Source: an uncultured Lentisphaeraceae bacterium
GTDB taxonomy: Bacteria; Verrucomicrobiota; Kiritimatiellia; RFP12; UBA1067
Direction: 5' to 3'
DNA: 64,000 nt
Assembly: GCA_964579865.1 (NCBI GenBank)
Contig: CAZOIS010000001.1
Coordinates: 1,084 to 65,083, forward strand
Shown here: positions 30,529 through 38,714 of the stretch, piece after piece
Numbering within the stretch: the first letter of the stretch is position 1
Layout: every line of letters begins with the position of its first letter
The notes under the pieces: generated by a model
Seen by the model: only the letters and a program-made list of their open reading frames with translations
Told to the model about the DNA's origin: nothing
Databases searched by the model: none
Translations under genes and position numbers: made by a program

Positions 30529-32253
30529 TTATTCGCTGCCGGTGACTTCGAGCGCGGCGTTAAGCGAGGTGGCGCCGTTCCTGACTTTCAACAAGCCGAC
30601 TTCTTTCAGGGTCTTCATGCCCTCTTTGACGGCGATCTCGCGCAGGACGGCGGAGGTCGCGCCCTTGACGGTCGCGTTGCGGATGGCCTCGCTCACGGGG
30701 AGCACTTCCATCATGGCGCCGCGGCCCTTGTAGCCGGTCCCGTTGCATTTGCCGCAGCCGCCGGGCTCGAAGATGGTCGCGCCCGCGAAGAAGTCGGGGT
30801 CGATCTGGTTGGCGACCAGGACCTCCGGGTTGATTTCGGCCGGCTTCTTGCAGACGGGGCAGAGTTTGCGGAAGAGGCGCTGGGCCTGGGCGAGGATCAG
30901 CGAGGAGGCGATCAGGAACGGCGGCACGCCCATGTCGATCAGGCGGGCGATCACGCCGGAGGCGTCGTTGGTGTGGAGCGTGCTCAGCACGAGATGTCCG
31001 GTGAGGGCGGCCTTGACCGCGATGTCGGCGGTTTCGCCGTCGCGGATTTCGCCCACGAGCACGATGTCGGGGTCTTGGCGCAGCACGGAGCGCAGGACCG
31101 AGGCGAAGGTCAGCCCGGTCTGCTGGTTCACGTGCACCTGGTTGACGCCGGGGAGCTGGTATTCCACCGGGTCTTCCGCAGTGACGATGTTGACGTCCGG
31201 CTGGTTCAGGTCTTGCAGACAGGAGTAAAGCGTGGTGGTCTTGCCGGAGCCGGTCGGGCCGGTCACCAGAATGATGCCGTGCGGCTGCTCGATCGCGTGG
31301 CGCATGGCCGCATACGCGAAATCGTCCAGTCCCAAGGCGGCCAGGCTGGGGGCCAAGTTGGTCTTGTCCAAGGTACGCATCACGACTTTTTCGCCGTGGA
31401 TCGTCGGCAGGATGCTGACGCGGATGTCGACCTCTTTTTTGAGCGCTTTGATCTTGAAGCGGCCGTCCTGCGGGTTGCGGCGTTCCGCGATGTCGAGGTC
31501 GGACATGATCTTGATGCGCGAAACGATGGCGTTGTGGAGCGATTTCGGGGGGCTGGGGCGCTCGATGAGGGCCCCGTCGATGCGGTAGCGCAGGCGCGAG
31601 CTCTTCTCCATGGCCTCGAAGTGGATATCGCTCGCGCCGGTGCGGAGCGCTTCGACGAGCATCATGTTCACCATGCGGATGACGGGGGCCTCTTCGGCGG
31701 TCTCGAGCGTCCGGTCGATGCTCTCTTCCTGCTTTTGCGGCTCGCTGGAGAACTCGATGTCGGCGTCCTGCGCCTTCATGATGTTTTCCATGGCCAGGCT
31801 GGGGTTTTCCGCATCCTTGCGGGCCTGCACGCGGCTGAGCGCGTCGACGACCTCTTTTTCGGCCGCGACAAGGGGAACGATCTCCAAATGCGTGCTGCGG
31901 GCCACCTCTTCCTGCGCCAAAAGGTCGAACGGGTCGCCGAAGGCGACGGTGAGCCGGCGCCCCAGCTTCATGAGCGGCAGGGCTTTCAGGCGCGTCCAGA
32001 GCTGCGGCGGAGCCAGTTCCAAAAGTTCTGCGGGGGCGATGAGCGTCGTCGGGAGGCTGATCGGCGCCATGTTGAAATACGCCGCGATCGTGAGCGTCAA
32101 GGCATCGGACGTCACCGTCTTGCTTTGCGTCAGGAAACGCTCAAGGGGAACCTTGCCCGCTTCCGCCAGGGCGTTCTGAAGCTGTTCTTCCGTCAGAACG
32201 CCGCGTTTGACGAGCGCGCTTTGAAAACTCGGATAGTGGACCGGCTGAGGCAT
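30529..32253 (-). CDS. pilB: type IV pilus assembly ATPase (GspE/PilB family)
   Basis: Start placed at ATG 32253 (GGAG 8 nt upstream) rather than the track start 32295. T2SSE_N region, Walker A GPTGSGKTTT, VTAEDPVEY, RQDPDIVLVGEIRD, and tetracysteine CPVCKKP...CGKCNGTGYKGR. Confidence 0.9.
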   Translation of the reverse strand: MPQPVHYPSFQSALVKRGVLTEEQLQNALAEAGKVPLERFLTQSKTVTSDALTLTIAAYFNMAPISLPTTLIAPAELLELAPPQLWTRLKALPLMKLGRRLTVAFGDPFDLLAQEEVARSTHLEIVPLVAAEKEVVDALSRVQARKDAENPSLAMENIMKAQDADIEFSSEPQKQEESIDRTLETAEEAPVIRMVNMMLVEALRTGASDIHFEAMEKSSRLRYRIDGALIERPSPPKSLHNAIVSRIKIMSDLDIAERRNPQDGRFKIKALKKEVDIRVSILPTIHGEKVVMRTLDKTNLAPSLAALGLDDFAYAAMRHAIEQPHGIILVTGPTGSGKTTTLYSCLQDLNQPDVNIVTAEDPVEYQLPGVNQVHVNQQTGLTFASVLRSVLRQDPDIVLVGEIRDGETADIAVKAALTGHLVLSTLHTNDASGVIARLIDMGVPPFLIASSLILAQAQRLFRKLCPVCKKPAEINPEVLVANQIDPDFFAGATIFEPGGCGKCNGTGYKGRGAMMEVLPVSEAIRNATVKGATSAVLREIAVKEGMKTLKEVGLLKVRNGATSLNAALEVTGSE

Positions 32254-32278
32254 GACATAATCTCCGTGACTAATTAAG

Positions 32279-32294
32279 AGCAGAAAGGGTGCCA
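32279..32294 (-). promoter_or_regulatory. sigma54 -24/-12 promoter (TGGCAC-CCTTT-CTGCT) of the pilB-pilC(-activator) operon
   Basis: Same -24 and -12 hexamer/pentamer as the pilin promoter. Lies about 26 nt upstream of ATG 32253, with GGAG in the predicted leader. Confidence 0.6.
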
Positions 32295-32344
32295 ACCGGG
32301 ACGGCCGTGCAATTCGCGTCGCGCGGCGCCGCCCGCGCGAAGGG

Positions 32345-32360
32345 CGGCACGGATATTGCT
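32345..32360 (+). promoter_or_regulatory. sigma54 -24/-12 promoter (CGGCAC-GGATA-TTGCT) of the TPR-T2SSE_N gene
   Basis: Correct spacing, 26 nt upstream of ATG 32386, with AGAGGGAG between. Divergent partner of the pilB promoter, 50 bp away. Confidence 0.55.
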
Positions 32361-32385
32361 CTCATTTAAAGAGGGAGAATTTTTT

Positions 32386-33246
32386 ATGGCCGAGCCAGAC
32401 CCGAAAATGATTGAGGCGATCGACTTTTTTGAAAAGATGTTGCAGACGATGCCGGGCGACCGGACGAGTCTGGAATTTTTGTCGGTCGCGTATGAGCAGA
32501 CCGGTCAGCACGAGAAGCGTCGGGACTGCCTGATCCGGCTGGCGGACACGTTGCTCAGCGAGAAGGATTACGATAATGCGCAGGTCATCGCGGGCTATTT
32601 GAGCGCTCACTCGGATTATCCGCCGGCGCGGGCGGCCGTGGAGCGGGTGGCCGAGGTGATCCAAGGTCAGATCCTCCAGAGCCAGTACCACCGAGAAGTC
32701 CAAGGGCTGGGGGCCGGCGTGCCGGTGGCTCCGGGGCAGGCCGAGACCCCCATGGCCTCCGATCTGGGCTTGGAAGTCCACGCCTTGTCCCGCGCCGCGT
32801 CCACGGCGGAGATGGATCTGGTCTGGCTGTGGAAAGAGCGCGAGTTCCTGCCGAAAGAGCTGTGCATGGACGTGCTGCACATCCTGACCGATCGGCCCGT
32901 GGCGGACACGCCGATGCTGATTTCGGCGCTGGCGCTGGTGGATGAGCAGCACCCGGAGTTGACGGACAAGCTGATGGAGGCGATGCAGCGGGCGAGCGAG
33001 CTGCCGGCGATCCCGCTGGAGCTGTTCGAGGTGCCGCCGGCCTGCGTTTCGCTGCTCGCGTCGGCCTTCGTGCACATCCGGGGCGTCCTGCCGTTCGCGA
33101 TGCTGGGCAACGAGGTGCTGGTGGCGGTGTTGAATCCGCTGAATCCGGCCTTGCAGGAAGAGACGGCGGCGCGGATCGGGCGCCCTTGCCATTTCTTTCT
33201 TGTGCATCCGCGGGCGTGGCTCAAGGCGGCCGAGAAGATCATCTGA
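32386..33246 (+). CDS. stand-alone TPR-like + T2SSE_N (GspE N-terminal-like) domain protein
   Basis: AGAGGGAG upstream of ATG 32386. N-terminal helical repeats (AIDFFEKMLQTMPGDRTSLEFLSVAYEQTGQHEKRRDCLIRLADTLLSEKDYDNA). The C-terminus VSLLASAFVHIRGVLPFAMLGNEVLVAVLNPLNPALQEETAARIGRPCHFFLV fits the T2SSE_N pattern. Confidence 0.75.
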   Translation: MAEPDPKMIEAIDFFEKMLQTMPGDRTSLEFLSVAYEQTGQHEKRRDCLIRLADTLLSEKDYDNAQVIAGYLSAHSDYPPARAAVERVAEVIQGQILQSQYHREVQGLGAGVPVAPGQAETPMASDLGLEVHALSRAASTAEMDLVWLWKEREFLPKELCMDVLHILTDRPVADTPMLISALALVDEQHPELTDKLMEAMQRASELPAIPLELFEVPPACVSLLASAFVHIRGVLPFAMLGNEVLVAVLNPLNPALQEETAARIGRPCHFFLVHPRAWLKAAEKII

Positions 33247-35911
33247 GGCAGGCGAACCGCATCAGGATCTCTTTGAGTTCGCTGCGGGTGTAAGGCTTGC
33301 TGAGGAAGCCGTTGTAGGCCTCCGATTCGAACATCGTCCGGATTCGCTCTTCGCTGTGCCCGGAAATGATCACGGCGGGGACTCCGGGCTTGCGCAACCG
33401 GAGCGTGGCGAGCAGCCGGACGTTGTCGAACGTGCCGATCTGCGCGTCCAGCAGGACCAGGTTGACCGACTCCGCATGCTTTCTGAAAAGCGCCAGGGCC
33501 TCGCGCTTGCTGGCCGCCGCCATAGCGTCCACGCCGAGGGAACGCAACACGACCATGGTGGACTGCAGGATGGCGCGGTCGTCTTCGACCAGCAGGACAC
33601 AGGGGCGGGCCGAGGTCTGCGGTGCCGGCGTCGTCGGCCGGGCCGCCCCCGTTCCGGCCGCCGCCGGCACGGCCGCCGCCGCGGAGAAGGACTTGTCCGA
33701 GGCTTTTGCAACCGGGAGCCAGACGCGGAAACTGGTGCCCTTGCCCGGCTCGGAGGCGATCGCGATGCCGCCGTTATGAACGTCGACAATGCCGAACACG
33801 GTGGCCAAGCCGAGGCCGCGGCCGACGGCCTTGGTCGAGAAGAAGGGCTCGAACATCCGGTCGATCACTTCTTTCGGGATGCCCGAACCGGTGTCGTCGA
33901 TCTGGAAGACCACGCCGTCTCCCTGCGCAAGCGCGTGCGTGCTGAAAAAGTCGCCGGCGCTCTGCGCGGTCAGGGTGAACGGATAGGTACTGATGCGAAT
34001 GTGGCCGCTGGAGCCGTTCATGGCCTCCGAGGCGTTTTTGAGCAGATTGATGATGACTTTCCAGAACTGGTGGGGGTCGACATCGACGAACGGGAGGCTG
34101 GGGGTCAGCTTCAATTCGAGAATGACGTTCGACGCGATGACGCCGTTCATCAGTTTTTCCAAGTCAAGGATGACGTTGTTGGGGTCCTGCCGCTTGAACG
34201 CGATGCGGGTGTGGCCCGCATAGGTCATGAGCTCGCGCGTCAGCGCCGCCCCCTTGCCGGTGGCCTGGCGAATCGTCCCGACCGCTTCGCTCTCGCCTTC
34301 CGTCGGCTGGGTCCAGGTGACCTCCACGGTGTTCTGGATGATGGCAAGGATGTTGTTGAAATCGTGCGCGATGCCGGCCGCCAACGTCCCGAGGCTCTCC
34401 ATTTTCTGGATTTTGGCGAGACGCTCCTCCACCTGTTCCCGCGTCTCGCGGTCGTGCCATTCCTTGGTGACGTCGCGCAGCACGACCAGCGTGAAATACT
34501 CGTCCATGCGGCTGATGCGCGTCTCGAAATGGCGGTAGGAGCCGTCGGTTTCGCGGCAGGAGAGGATCACCATCTGAATGCGTTTCGAGCGGAAAACCTC
34601 CGTGACGGCTTCGCGGAACGCTTCGCAGTCGGAGTCGGGGAAGAGCGGCGGCGAGAGGGGCCGCCCGGCGATCAGGCCGGGGATCGGATGCGCGTAATCG
34701 GGCTGCTTGTGGATGGTGACCAGGTTTGCCAGCGAGTCGAAGACGCACAGGCAGTCGGGCATGCCCGCGATCAGAGCGTGCCGGTGCTCCTCGGCCAGGG
34801 TGTTCTGCCGGGTTTTGCGGGCTAAGGCCGCCAACATTTCGTTTACGCTTTTCGCCAATACGCCGAACTCGTCGTCCTTCGGCCAACTCAGGGCTTCACA
34901 GTCTCCATCCAGATGGTGTTCGCCGATGGCCCGGATCTGTGCGATGAGCGTGGTGAGGGGGTTCAGCACAATGCGCGTCTGGAGCCAGAAAATGGGCAAC
35001 ACGAACACGATGCCCACGCACGCGATAAACGTCGTCAGCCACCCCAGCGCGATGCTGGCGAGCGAGGAGAAAGAGCCGGGAAGACGGATGGAAATGGCGG
35101 ACACCTCGTGCCCGAGAAGGTCGCTGACGGGCATCACCGCCTCGAAGGTGTTCTCGCCCAGATGCCAGCGTCCGCCGGCAGGATAGGTCAGGACATCCTG
35201 GAAAACCGGTGTCGGTCCGGCCGGCAGGGCCGCGGCTGTCGCTGTGGCCGGGGTGGCCGACGGGGCGGTCAGGGCGACTTGCATGCCGGCTGTGGCGGCG
35301 TGAATCCGGCTGAGTAGGCTGGCGTTGTTGTGGAGAAGCGAGCCGAGAGCGATAAATCCTTTGGTTTGGCCATCCGCCGCTTTGATCGGCGCGAGAGCAA
35401 AGAAGGCGGGCCGGCCGCGGAAAACGATGATGCCCGAAGGCGCGCTTTTCCCGGTGCGGAGGGCTGGCCGCAGGGGCGAAGATGACGCGAAATAAGGCTG
35501 GATTTCGCGCGTGTCGACCACGTGGGGCGGTTCGCCGGGAAAGAGCGCGCAGCCTTTGATGAAAGCACCGTCCGCGCCGATGGCGATGGCCAGATGGATG
35601 GGGGGCCCCTTGGAAAAGGAACCGAGTTGCGTCATCAGAAACTCATGCGTGATTTCGCCGTCGGACCGGGACACGGCCTCGGCTGACAGGGCTGCGGTCT
35701 GCTGGAGCTTCTGGATTTCCGCATAGACGATCGTCTTAATGTCGGTGCCGATCGCCCGGATTTCCTGCTCCGTGTCGCGGATCAATTGGACCAGAATGTA
35801 GCGACCACCCAGATAAAACGCGCTGAGTAACCCCAGAAGCGTTAACGCCGAGACCAACCCGAATTGCGTGCGGATGCTGCGCAAGGCTAATAATATGGAA
35901 CGTGCCTTCAT
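33239..35911 (-). CDS. hybrid sensor histidine kinase (periplasmic sensor, HAMP, PAS, HisKA, HATPase_c, REC)
   Basis: Start placed at ATG 35911 (MKARSILLAL...), because the track start (TTG 35959) lies inside a sigma54 box. H-box LAAGIAHDFNNIL, G-boxes DDTGSGIP / GRGLGLGLATV, C-terminal REC VLLVEDD...LVLLDAQ. Confidence 0.85.
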   Translation of the reverse strand: MKARSILLALRSIRTQFGLVSALTLLGLLSAFYLGGRYILVQLIRDTEQEIRAIGTDIKTIVYAEIQKLQQTAALSAEAVSRSDGEITHEFLMTQLGSFSKGPPIHLAIAIGADGAFIKGCALFPGEPPHVVDTREIQPYFASSSPLRPALRTGKSAPSGIIVFRGRPAFFALAPIKAADGQTKGFIALGSLLHNNASLLSRIHAATAGMQVALTAPSATPATATAAALPAGPTPVFQDVLTYPAGGRWHLGENTFEAVMPVSDLLGHEVSAISIRLPGSFSSLASIALGWLTTFIACVGIVFVLPIFWLQTRIVLNPLTTLIAQIRAIGEHHLDGDCEALSWPKDDEFGVLAKSVNEMLAALARKTRQNTLAEEHRHALIAGMPDCLCVFDSLANLVTIHKQPDYAHPIPGLIAGRPLSPPLFPDSDCEAFREAVTEVFRSKRIQMVILSCRETDGSYRHFETRISRMDEYFTLVVLRDVTKEWHDRETREQVEERLAKIQKMESLGTLAAGIAHDFNNILAIIQNTVEVTWTQPTEGESEAVGTIRQATGKGAALTRELMTYAGHTRIAFKRQDPNNVILDLEKLMNGVIASNVILELKLTPSLPFVDVDPHQFWKVIINLLKNASEAMNGSSGHIRISTYPFTLTAQSAGDFFSTHALAQGDGVVFQIDDTGSGIPKEVIDRMFEPFFSTKAVGRGLGLATVFGIVDVHNGGIAIASEPGKGTSFRVWLPVAKASDKSFSAAAAVPAAAGTGAARPTTPAPQTSARPCVLLVEDDRAILQSTMVVLRSLGVDAMAAASKREALALFRKHAESVNLVLLDAQIGTFDNVRLLATLRLRKPGVPAVIISGHSEERIRTMFESEAYNGFLSKPYTRSELKEILMRFACLR

Positions 35912-35942
35912 CAAAAAACCGAGTTCAGATATCGGTAACAGT

Positions 35943-35958
35943 AGCAGAATATGAGCCA
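35943..35958 (-). promoter_or_regulatory. sigma54 -24/-12 promoter (TGGCTC-ATATT-CTGCT) of the hybrid sensor kinase
   Basis: Correct GG-N10-GC spacing, about 32 nt upstream of ATG 35911. One mismatch in the -24 element. Confidence 0.45.
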
Positions 35959-36027
35959 ATTTGGCAAGGTGCTCGCATTTTTCATAAAGAAAGCCCGAGG
36001 CGAGTCCGGTTTAAAACGCGGCGGGGC

Positions 36028-36834
36028 TTAGGCTAATCGGGTGGTGAGCTGGGCGAGGGCGTCGTCCACGGGGTCGCGGCCGGCATCGGCCACGTGTGCC
36101 GCGGCCTTGTCGAACGCGGCGAGGGCGTCGGCGAGACTGCGGGTGATGTGGGCGCGCATCCACCCTCGGGCGTTTTCGGCATCGCTGCGGCGAAGGGCGC
36201 GTTCGATCTTCGCGTGGTGCCGCCACACCCAGGCGAGATGGTGGAGGTCGCGGCGGTGGCTGTGGTGGCCGAAGAAGTGGTTGCGCTGGTAGGCGTTGGT
36301 CACGATCTTGAGGGCGAGACGGTTGCCGGCGGCTTTCAGCAGGAGCAGGTGGAACGTCAGATCGGCCGTCAGAAACGCCACCAGCGGCGGGCCGTCGAGA
36401 ACCTGCTGTTTCCGGGAGCGGAGCCTCACGATGATCGCGTGCATTTCGTCGCACAGGCGGCGCAGCTCTTGCCGGTTTTCCTTCGTGAGGTTCCGGGCGG
36501 CGCGGTCGATGGCAAAGCACTCGATGGCCATGCGCACCTCGTAGGCATCGCTCAGCTGGTACCGGTCGAGGCTCGCCACATAAGTGCCGCTGGAGGGGAT
36601 CTGGTAGAGCAGGCCCTCCTCGGTCAGGCGCCGGATCGCCTCCCGCACGGGCGTGCGGCTGATGCCGCATTCCGAGGCGATGGTCTGCTCCGAAATCTTC
36701 TGGCCCGCCACCAGCTCGGACGCAACGAGCTTTTTTGTGATGAGCCTGTACGCGATATCGCTCAACGCTTCCGCCACATCGACCTCATTTCCTTCGATCC
36801 CGCCATTCCCAAACAACGCGTTTTTCCGGGTCAT
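36028..36834 (-). CDS. GntR-family transcriptional regulator (FadR/FCD subfamily)
   Basis: ATG 36834 overlaps the upstream stop (ATGA). wHTH ISEQTIASECGISRTPVREAIRRLTEEGLL followed by an all-helical FCD-like domain. Confidence 0.85.
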   Translation of the reverse strand: MTRKNALFGNGGIEGNEVDVAEALSDIAYRLITKKLVASELVAGQKISEQTIASECGISRTPVREAIRRLTEEGLLYQIPSSGTYVASLDRYQLSDAYEVRMAIECFAIDRAARNLTKENRQELRRLCDEMHAIIVRLRSRKQQVLDGPPLVAFLTADLTFHLLLLKAAGNRLALKIVTNAYQRNHFFGHHSHRRDLHHLAWVWRHHAKIERALRRSDAENARGWMRAHITRSLADALAAFDKAAAHVADAGRDPVDDALAQLTTRLA

Positions 36835-38387
36835 GGCAAAAGAACCGGCACGGCCCATTGGCCGAACGCGATCGTTTCACCTTCCTTGCAGACCTTTTGA
36901 TAGAAGGTGCAGAAGTTCTGCGTGGCCTGCGGATTGAAGAGCCTGATTTCGGGCAGGGCGACCTTGCTGAACCCCTGCGCCCGCAGCGCCTCGGCCATGG
37001 AGTCCTTGTTGCGGTCGGCGGTCGGCGTCAGGAATCCCACCACGCCCCCGCGCGCGCAACGCAGCGATTTTTTGCCGGTCAGCGGCACGCGCACGAAAAC
37101 GGCCTTTTCTAACGCCGGGGGCACCTCGCCGTCCGCGCACACGTAGCTGCGGTCGGTGAAAAGTTTCGCGCCGGATTTCAGGGGCAGCGTCTCCCACGGC
37201 GCGGCGTCCAGCGCCCCGGAGCCGCCGGCGGCGAGGGCTCTGCCGTCCGCATGCGGCTTGACGGCCGCACGCGCTCCTCCGCTGCCCTTGCTGATGAGCT
37301 GGCGCAGGCGCGTGTCCGGGGAGACGGCCTTCCCGGACAGGACGTCCTCTTCGCGGAAGGTCGCGAAAAGGATTTCTTTCGAGTTGACGCGGTCGAAATC
37401 GTAGGTCAGGTAGATCAGGCCGTTCGCCGCCTGCTGCCCGTCGGGATACGACACGCCGTTGCGCTCGTCCAGCAACAGCCCGCCTTCCCACGTCGCCCCG
37501 TCGTCCTTCGAGAGGAACGCGGTCAGATGCGAGCGTCCGGTCTGTGTCCCGACCGGCCCGTGCTTGACCAGCAGGAGATTGCCGGAGGCCAGGCGGCGGA
37601 TGAAAAACCGCGACGAGGTGTGTTTGATCTTTGAAGGCGCCAGCGGCGACCACGTTTTGCCGCGGTCCCGAGAGACCGCCTCGCGGATGCCGGATTTGCA
37701 GCGCGAGAGGCACCAGAGGGAACCGTCCTTGCGCTCGATGAACAGGTGTTCGTCGAAGAGGCGGTCTTCCTTCGGCATGGTCGCTCCTCCCCGCACCCGC
37801 CACGTCTTGCCCCGGTCCTCCGAAACCACCATCCGGGAACTCGGGTCCGCGTACCACGCCGCGACGGGCAGCGCCCATTCGCCCGTCGAGAGCACGAGCG
37901 GTTTGCACATCATGACGCCCTTGGCGATCCACACCGGCGTCGGGTTGGCCGGGGGCTCGGATTCGGGATCGCTGAACGTCACCATCCACAGCGCGTCGGA
38001 CTCTACGTTGTTGTACGGCATCACCCGGTCGGTCCACGACCAGCGCAGCGTGCCGTCCGGCGCCATCCACAGCTCGGGGTCGAAGGTGCGGCGCGGCCCG
38101 CCCGCGTCGGGATCCGCCACCAGCACTTCTTTCCACGTCTTGCCGTTGTCGCCGCTGGTGGCGAGCACCACGTAGTTGTTTTCGTCCTCGTTCGGCGTGA
38201 CGCCTGCGTACCAGGTTGCCCAGAGCCGTCCGCCGGGCGAGACCGCCAGACTCGAGATCCCGACGTGTCCCCGGTTCGTCACCGCGTGGAGCGGCTGCTG
38301 CGGCGGTCCGAGATGTGCCGGCGGAAGCGGCGCCGCCCACAGGCCGGTCAAGGCCACCAGGTTGAAAGCCCAAAAGATGTTTTTCAT
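36831..38387 (-). CDS. BNR/Asp-box repeat glycosidase-like protein (sialidase superfamily beta-propeller)
   Basis: ATG 38387 with signal peptide MKNIFWAFNLVALTGLWA. Four Asp-boxes: SGDNGKTW, SEDRGKTW, SRDRGKTW, SKDDGATW. I saw no clear FRIP motif, so sialidase activity is not asserted. Confidence 0.8.
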   Translation of the reverse strand: MKNIFWAFNLVALTGLWAAPLPPAHLGPPQQPLHAVTNRGHVGISSLAVSPGGRLWATWYAGVTPNEDENNYVVLATSGDNGKTWKEVLVADPDAGGPRRTFDPELWMAPDGTLRWSWTDRVMPYNNVESDALWMVTFSDPESEPPANPTPVWIAKGVMMCKPLVLSTGEWALPVAAWYADPSSRMVVSEDRGKTWRVRGGATMPKEDRLFDEHLFIERKDGSLWCLSRCKSGIREAVSRDRGKTWSPLAPSKIKHTSSRFFIRRLASGNLLLVKHGPVGTQTGRSHLTAFLSKDDGATWEGGLLLDERNGVSYPDGQQAANGLIYLTYDFDRVNSKEILFATFREEDVLSGKAVSPDTRLRQLISKGSGGARAAVKPHADGRALAAGGSGALDAAPWETLPLKSGAKLFTDRSYVCADGEVPPALEKAVFVRVPLTGKKSLRCARGGVVGFLTPTADRNKDSMAEALRAQGFSKVALPEIRLFNPQATQNFCTFYQKVCKEGETIAFGQWAVPVLLP

Positions 38388-38529
38388 GGGATCCCCGTCC
38401 TTCCTGTTTTGAGCGGTCGAAAGTGAAAGGGCCACGTCAGCCGGCCGTCTCCCGGAGGCGGAAAAGGCTCCGTCCTCAACCCTTCTTGGTCCTCGGCCCG
38501 TGCACGAATAAATACCAATGCCCTATAGC

Positions 38530-38546
38530 TGTATACCGGTTTATAT
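38530..38546. promoter_or_regulatory. candidate operator: imperfect palindrome TGTATACCGGTTTATA upstream of the BNR-glycosidase/GntR operon
   Basis: AT-rich dyad centred on CCGG, about 145 nt upstream of ATG 38387. The only support is the symmetry and the co-transcribed GntR regulator. Confidence 0.2.
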
Positions 38547-38714
38547 CAAACAAAGAGAGGGCGCGTCAAGGGCCCCGACAGGGGGTGACAGGGTGTGATT
38601 CAGCATTGACACAAGGGGTTCGGGAGAAGGAAAATAACGACAGCAAGAAACGTGTGGAGCGCCGGAATTCCGCATCTGAGCCGGCGAAGGTGCGCGGGGC
38701 ACAAGGAGGGCGAC

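Noticed and set aside
33239-33246. 8-nt overlap of convergent stop regions (TPR-T2SSE_N gene versus the hybrid kinase)
   Set aside because: It is real in the sequence, but short convergent overlaps are common in compact genomes. No specific function is inferred beyond possible transcriptional interference.
35912-35959. TTG start at 35959 for the hybrid kinase, and the track start at 32295 for pilB
   Set aside because: Both upstream starts lie within or beyond the predicted sigma54 boxes and lack an SD. The downstream ATGs (35911, and 32253 with GGAG) give sensible N-termini.
35961-35976. Plus-strand TGGCAA-GGTGC-TCGCA sigma54-like box
   Set aside because: The spacing is correct, but it points at the 3' end of the convergent GntR gene with no plus-strand gene downstream, and the -12 element is CGCA rather than TGC. 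I kept it as a reminder that chance matches occur.
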